Below the pieces are notes generated by a model. That model searched no databases and had not been told where the DNA came from. It worked only from the letters and a program-made list of their open reading frames with translations. A stretch of 64,000 nucleotides of DNA. It comes from Actinomycetota bacterium (GTDB lineage Bacteria; Actinomycetota; Acidimicrobiia; Acidimicrobiales; Aldehydirespiratoraceae). Shown here piece by piece: positions 58,787 through 64,000 of the stretch. Numbering within the stretch: the first letter of the stretch is position 1; each line of letters starts with the position of its first letter. A program made the position numbers and the translations under genes. Where the stretch lies: contig JAPOHW010000014.1 of NCBI GenBank assembly GCA_029979265.1, positions 22,552 to 86,551 on the forward strand, in the 5' to 3' direction.

Positions 58787-60526
58787 GTGAGGAAACGACT
58801 ACTCGCGTTGCTGGCGATCCTGCTCAGCTTTGCAATGCTCGCCGCTGCGTGCGGTGATGACGACGATGCTGGTGGCGACGCTGGCGACGACACGGCGACG
58901 GAGGATGACTCCGGCGACGACATGGATGACGAACCAGCGGAGGACGACGACGAGTCGACCGCCGACATGTCCGATGTGGCCGAGGAGGCCGAGGGCAGTG
59001 ACGACGGTGACTCCGGCGCGGTCGACACCGGCCCGGTTGCCGGTGGCACGCTGCTGATCCAGAGCACGCAGGTACCGCGTCACCTCAACGGCACGGTCCA
59101 GTCGGGCTACGCCACTGCCGTGCCCGGCACGCAGCTCAACGCCTCGCCGTTGCTGTTCGACGAGAACTTCCAGCCGCAGCCGTACCTGGCCGAGAGCTGG
59201 GAGATCGCGGACGACGGCCTGTCGGTGACCCTCAACCTGGTGCAGGGCGCCGTGTTCCACGACGGCGAGCCGATCACGTCCGAGGACGTGAAGTTCTCGC
59301 TCGAGACCTCCCAGGCCAACCACCCGTTCAAGACGATGTTCGCCGCCGTGTCGAGCGTCGACACGCCCGACGACTACACCGTGGTCATCAACCTGAGCGA
59401 ACCGCACCCAGCGATCCTGCTCGCCATGTCGCCTGGTCTGCTCCCGATCATTCCCGAGCACGTCTACAACGACGGTCAGGAGATCAAGGAGCACCCGTGC
59501 AACGCCGGTACCGACTGCTTCGTCGGCTCGGGTCCGTTCACCCTCGCCGAGTACGAGGCCGGCTCGATCATTCGGCTCAAGGCCTTCGAGGACTTCTTCA
59601 TTCCCGATCGTCCGTATCTCGACGAGATCATCATCGAGATTGTGCCCGACCCGGCGTCGATCGTCATCGGCCTCGAGAACGGCGACACCGACCTGTCGGC
59701 CACCCTCGGCGGTGCCGCCAATGTGATTCGTCTGCAGGAGAACGACGACGTGATCGTCACCGCTGACGGCCATGCCGCCGTCGGTCCGATCCAGTGGCTC
59801 GAGTTCAACCTGGCAGATCCCGCACTGTCGAACGTCGTCGTACGGCAGGCGATCGCCGATGCGATCGATCGTGAGTTCATGAGTGACGTGCTCGATCTTG
59901 GGACCACGTTCCCGGCCACCACGGGTATTCACCCGGGCAGCCCGTTCCACAACCCGAACACCGAGCAGTACGGTGCCGGCATCGAGGCGGCGCAGGCTCG
60001 CCTCGCCGATGCGGGTATCGATCCGGGCACGATCTCGTTGGCCATCGACTACATCCCGGTGTCGGGCTCGCAGCTCGCATACGCCGAGTACATCGTGCAG
60101 CAGCTTCAGGACGTCGGCTTCGACGCCGAGGTCAACACGCTGCCCGACTTCCCGTCGTGGGCCGGCCGTGTGGCCGCTGGTGAGCACCAGATGACGGTCA
60201 ACAACGTCTGGAACTGGGGCGACCCGGTGATCGGCGTGCACCGCACCTACCTGAGCACCAACAACGTCGGTGTGATCTGGACCAACAACACGGGCTACAA
60301 CAACCCCGACGTCGACGCGTTGCTGGCGCAGGCCGGTGCCGAGTTCGACTTCGACACCCGTGTCGATCTCTACGCTCAGGCGCAGGAGATCATCAACCAG
60401 GACGTGCCGATGGTGTATCTCAACACCCCGCCGTTCTGGCAGGCCTTCCAGCCACGGGTCCAGAACCCGCCGATCGGCATCTGGGGTCAGCTCGGCCCGA
60501 TGCACGAGGTGTGGCTGGCCGAGTAG
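58787..60526 (+). CDS. family 5 (peptide/nickel) ABC substrate-binding lipoprotein
   Basis: AGGAGG RBS, lipobox AAAC, P.LAESW, FHDGEPITSEDVKFS, GSGPF, VRQAI..AIDR. Confidence 0.92.
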   Translation: MRKRLLALLAILLSFAMLAAACGDDDDAGGDAGDDTATEDDSGDDMDDEPAEDDDESTADMSDVAEEAEGSDDGDSGAVDTGPVAGGTLLIQSTQVPRHLNGTVQSGYATAVPGTQLNASPLLFDENFQPQPYLAESWEIADDGLSVTLNLVQGAVFHDGEPITSEDVKFSLETSQANHPFKTMFAAVSSVDTPDDYTVVINLSEPHPAILLAMSPGLLPIIPEHVYNDGQEIKEHPCNAGTDCFVGSGPFTLAEYEAGSIIRLKAFEDFFIPDRPYLDEIIIEIVPDPASIVIGLENGDTDLSATLGGAANVIRLQENDDVIVTADGHAAVGPIQWLEFNLADPALSNVVVRQAIADAIDREFMSDVLDLGTTFPATTGIHPGSPFHNPNTEQYGAGIEAAQARLADAGIDPGTISLAIDYIPVSGSQLAYAEYIVQQLQDVGFDAEVNTLPDFPSWAGRVAAGEHQMTVNNVWNWGDPVIGVHRTYLSTNNVGVIWTNNTGYNNPDVDALLAQAGAEFDFDTRVDLYAQAQEIINQDVPMVYLNTPPFWQAFQPRVQNPPIGIWGQLGPMHEVWLAE

Positions 60527-60566
60527 GCCCCACCCTCACACGGACGGAGTACATGGAGTACATGAC

Positions 60567-61544
60567 GTGAACCACATCACGGCCAGGGTCGCCTGGAGTC
60601 TCGGGCTGATCCTGGCCGTGATCGTCATGTGCTTTACGCTGATCCACCTCGCCCCCGGCGATGTCGCGATCGTCATCGCCGGTGACAGCGGTGCCGGTGA
60701 TCCCGAGGTCATTGCCGAGATCCGCGAAGATCTAGGGCTCGACGATCCGTTCTTGGTTCAGTTGGGTGGGTATGTCGGCGACGTCGCCCAGGGCGATCTG
60801 GGGACTTCCTACCGGTTCAACGAGCCGGTGACCGAGCTGATCGTGACCCGACTGTGGCCGACCTTCCTGCTGGTCGGCACTGCGGTCAGCTTCGCCATCG
60901 TGCTCGGGGTGCTGGTGGGGGTGTTCACCGCCCGGCGACCGGAGAGCCCGATCAGCCATGGCGTCACCGTCTTCTCGCTCACCGGCTATTCGATGCCGGT
61001 CTTTTGGACCGGTCTGCTGCTCGTCATCATGTTTGCGTCGAACGTGCAGTGGTTCCCCGTTTCGGGGATGCGAGACGTCCGACTCGAGGGCAACTGGCTC
61101 GAGGAGTGGATCGACGTCGCTCACCATCTGGTGTTGCCGGCGATCACACTCGGTGTGATCTATCTGGCGCAGTACTCGCGTCTGTCTCGGGCGTCGATGC
61201 TCGAAGTGCTGCAGTCGGACTATGTGCGCACCGCTCGGGCCAAAGGGCTGGCCGAGCGTCGGGTCGTGTACAAGCACGCCCTGCGCAACGCCGTGATTCC
61301 GGTGGTGACGGTCGCCGGTCTGCAGTTCGGTCAGATGCTGTCGGGCGCGTTGCTGGTCGAGACGGTCTTCAACTGGCCCGGCCTGGGGCGACTGGCCGCT
61401 GATTCGGTGTTCCAGCGCGACGCACCGGTGTTGCTCGGCATTCTCATCCTGTCGTCGACCCTCGTGGTGATCATCAACATCCTCACCGACGTCGTGTATC
61501 GACTCATCGATCCGCGCATCCGAGTGGGGGGTGCGTCCCAGTGA
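60567..61544 (+). CDS. peptide ABC permease (DppB/OppB-like)
   Basis: APGD, GDLGTS, SMPVFW, DYVRTARAKGL, VETVFNWPGLG, IDPRI. Confidence 0.92.
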   Translation: MNHITARVAWSLGLILAVIVMCFTLIHLAPGDVAIVIAGDSGAGDPEVIAEIREDLGLDDPFLVQLGGYVGDVAQGDLGTSYRFNEPVTELIVTRLWPTFLLVGTAVSFAIVLGVLVGVFTARRPESPISHGVTVFSLTGYSMPVFWTGLLLVIMFASNVQWFPVSGMRDVRLEGNWLEEWIDVAHHLVLPAITLGVIYLAQYSRLSRASMLEVLQSDYVRTARAKGLAERRVVYKHALRNAVIPVVTVAGLQFGQMLSGALLVETVFNWPGLGRLAADSVFQRDAPVLLGILILSSTLVVIINILTDVVYRLIDPRIRVGGASQ

Positions 61545-62428
61545 CCCTTCCCGTGACCGGCGTCTCGCCCGAGCAGGGCGATCTCGGGCCGCCGGGCCGT
61601 CAGGCCCTGCGTCTGTTCATCCGCAACAAGGCGGCGGTGTTCGGCCTGGTCCTGCTGGCTGCCATCGTCTTCATGACCCTGTTCGGCTCGTTCTTCTACG
61701 ACCAGGACCCGAGCCGGATCATCGCTCGCCCGCTGCAGGGGCCCGGTGAGGGCGACGCACCTGCGCTCGGTACCGACTATCTGGGTCGCGATGTGCTGGC
61801 CGGCGTGGTGAACGGCGGGTCGACCAGCCTCACGGTTGCGCTGGTGGCGGTGTTGCTCGTGGCGGTGATCGGCGTGAGCCTTGGGGCGATCTCCGGTTAC
61901 TACGGGGGCTGGATCGATGTTGCGCTGATGCGCGTGACCGAGTTGTTCCAGGTGCTCCCTGCCCTGCTGTTCGCCATGGTGATCGTTGCCCTCTTCGAGC
62001 CGAGCACTCGGTCGGTGGCGATCGCGATCGGTCTTGCGTCGTGGCCCCAGACGGCCCGCCTGACCCGAGCCGAGTTCCTGCGGCTCAAGAATCTCGAGTT
62101 CGTGAAAGCCGCCCGGGCCAGCGGGGCCAGCGACTTCCGGATCATCTGGCGGGTGATCTTCCCCAACGCGCTCCCGCCGTTGATCGTGTCGATCACGCTG
62201 ATCATGGGGGCCGCGATCCTGTTCGAGTCGGGGCTTGCCTTTCTCGGTCTCGGAGACCCGAACTCCCAGAGTTGGGGTCTGATGATCGGCTTGAGCCGGC
62301 AGACGTTCCTCAACGGCTGGTGGACGGTGACGTTCCCCGGTATGGCGATCTTCGCCACCGTGCTCAGCTTCAGTCTGATCGGCGACGGTCTGCAGGACGC
62401 GTTCAACCCGAAGCTGCGAGGGCGCTGA
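61541..62428 (+). CDS. peptide ABC permease (DppC/OppC-like)
   Basis: LGTDYLGRD, EFVKAARASG, FLGLG, SWGLM, GDGLQDAFNP. Confidence 0.92.
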   Translation: MTLPVTGVSPEQGDLGPPGRQALRLFIRNKAAVFGLVLLAAIVFMTLFGSFFYDQDPSRIIARPLQGPGEGDAPALGTDYLGRDVLAGVVNGGSTSLTVALVAVLLVAVIGVSLGAISGYYGGWIDVALMRVTELFQVLPALLFAMVIVALFEPSTRSVAIAIGLASWPQTARLTRAEFLRLKNLEFVKAARASGASDFRIIWRVIFPNALPPLIVSITLIMGAAILFESGLAFLGLGDPNSQSWGLMIGLSRQTFLNGWWTVTFPGMAIFATVLSFSLIGDGLQDAFNPKLRGR

Positions 62429-63279
62429 TGGAGCCGCTGCTCAGCGTTCGCGGTCTCACGGTCACGTTCGGTTCGTTCACTGCGGTGGAGGACGTGTCCT
62501 TCGACATCCATGCCGGGCAGACCCTTGCTGTCGTCGGCGAGTCGGGATCGGGAAAATCGGTCACCGCGCTGTCGATCATGCGACTCGTCGAACTCGGGAC
62601 CCGGGGCAAGATCGAGCGCGGCGAGATTCTGTTCCGCACCCCGGACGGCGACATGATCGATCTGGTCCAGCAGTCCGAGGATGCGATGCGGGCCATTCGG
62701 GGCAACCAGATCTCGATGATTTTCCAGGAGCCGCTCACCAGCCTCAACCCGGTCTACTCGGTGGGCGACCAGGTCGCTGAGGCCGTGATCCTGCATCAGG
62801 GTCTCGACAAGGACGCGGCGAACGAACGAGTGCTCGAGATGTTTCGGCTTGTCCGTATTCCCGAGGCCGAGAAGCGGATGGCCCAGTTCCCCCACGAAAT
62901 GTCGGGCGGTATGCGCCAGCGGGTGATGATCGCCATGGCGTTGTCGTGTGACCCGAAGGTCTTGATCGCCGACGAGCCGACCACTGCACTCGATGTGACC
63001 ATCCAGGCCCAGATCCTCGGCTTGATGCGTGACCTGCGGGAGCAGACCGGTGCTGCGGTGCTGATCATCACCCACGACATGGGTGTGGTCGCCGAGGTCG
63101 CCGACGATGTGGTTGTCATGAACCGGGCGAGGGTCGTCGAGCGCGGTTCGGCAACGCAAATCTTCGAGTCGGCCGCCGAGCCCTACACGAAAGCGCTACT
63201 GGCGTCGGTGCCGCGGCTCGGGTCGATGGCCGGTCGCGACGAACCAGCGCCGTTCGATCTTGTCGAGTATCAGTCGTGA
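62428..63279 (+). CDS. peptide ABC ATP-binding protein (DppD-like)
   Basis: [28 protein letters not shown]. Confidence 0.93.
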   Translation: MEPLLSVRGLTVTFGSFTAVEDVSFDIHAGQTLAVVGESGSGKSVTALSIMRLVELGTRGKIERGEILFRTPDGDMIDLVQQSEDAMRAIRGNQISMIFQEPLTSLNPVYSVGDQVAEAVILHQGLDKDAANERVLEMFRLVRIPEAEKRMAQFPHEMSGGMRQRVMIAMALSCDPKVLIADEPTTALDVTIQAQILGLMRDLREQTGAAVLIITHDMGVVAEVADDVVVMNRARVVERGSATQIFESAAEPYTKALLASVPRLGSMAGRDEPAPFDLVEYQS

Positions 63280-64000
63280 GCCCGCTCGTCGAGGTACGGG
63301 ACCTCTGCAAGCACTTTCCGGTCGGCGCCGGTGCCACGGTGTACGCCGTCGAGGGAGTGTCGCTCGAGGTCGGGCGGGGGGAGACGCTCGCCGTTGTCGG
63401 TGAGAGCGGCTGTGGCAAGTCGACGCTCGCCCACACGATGATTCGCCTTCACGATCCGACCAGCGGTCAGGTCGTGCTCGATGGGGTCGACATCTCCACC
63501 CTCGGCAACCGGGCGTTGCGCGAACACCGTCGCAAGATGCAGATCATCTTCCAAGACCCGTTCGCCAGCCTCGACCCGCGTCGTCCGGTAGGTCGGGCCG
63601 TCGCCGAACCGCTGCTGATCCACGGGTTGGCGACGGGGTCCGAGGCCGAAGATCTCGTGGCCGACCTGTTCGTCAAGGTCGGGCTCGAAGCCGACATGAT
63701 GCGCCAGTATCCGCACCAGTTCTCCGGTGGTCAGCGCCAGCGGGTCTGCATCGCTCGGGCGCTCGCCACCAACCCGCAGCTCGTGATCGCCGACGAGGCG
63801 GTGTCGGCGCTCGACGTGTCGATCCAGGCGCAGGTCATCAATCTGATGATGGGACTCCAGGACGAGCTGGGGCTCAGCTATCTGTTCATCAGCCACGACC
63901 TTGCCGTCGTCGAGCGGATGAGCCACCGGGTCGCAGTGATGTACCTCGGCCAGATCGTCGAGATCGGTCCGCGGCGGGCCATCTTCGAGAACCCGCAGCA
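63276..64000 (+). CDS. peptide ABC ATP-binding protein (DppF-like), truncated by window end
   Basis: own translation from GTG 63276: GESGCGKST, IFQDPF, YPHQFSGGQRQR, DEAVSALD; absent from the ORF track because it has no stop in the window. Confidence 0.9.
   Translation, partial: MSPLVEVRDLCKHFPVGAGATVYAVEGVSLEVGRGETLAVVGESGCGKSTLAHTMIRLHDPTSGQVVLDGVDISTLGNRALREHRRKMQIIFQDPFASLDPRRPVGRAVAEPLLIHGLATGSEAEDLVADLFVKVGLEADMMRQYPHQFSGGQRQRVCIARALATNPQLVIADEAVSALDVSIQAQVINLMMGLQDELGLSYLFISHDLAVVERMSHRVAVMYLGQIVEIGPRRAIFENPQ

Overview
High-GC, gene-dense chromosomal segment of an actinobacterium. It is most likely Acidimicrobiia, an inference from the stand-alone groEL ending MDF with a CIRCE, the PAC2 and HelD-like genes, the hemE-hemY plus hemQ coproporphyrin pathway, a GlnR-like box and acidic AAACGDDD lipoproteins. 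I found no mobile elements, CRISPR arrays, rRNA or tRNA. Content: groEL; fdhD-ureohydrolase; polar amino-acid ABC plus dimethylargininase; putA with a PAS-AraC regulator; liv-type ABC; split aconitase X plus an ornithine-cyclodeaminase-family reductase; amt-glnD; a glycosyl/methyltransferase cluster; lnt; an Rpf-like gene; heme genes; HelD; Fe3+ ABC with a DtxR-family regulator; and a peptide ABC cut by the window end. The strongest hidden signal is an AhpD-like gene that the ORF track splits in two. It reads as one selenoprotein, with CxxU (in-frame TGA at 24448-24450) followed by a hairpin whose GGUCUGC apex sits at the same offset as in the E. coli fdhF SECIS. Also notable: a probable methylmannose-polysaccharide (MMP) cluster with a GtrA gene and tesB beside it, an Lnt with Ser in place of its catalytic Cys, amt-glnD lacking glnK, a 35-bp duplicated element between putA and its regulator, and pervasive leaderless promoters. 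All product calls come from motif recognition by eye; no database searches were run.
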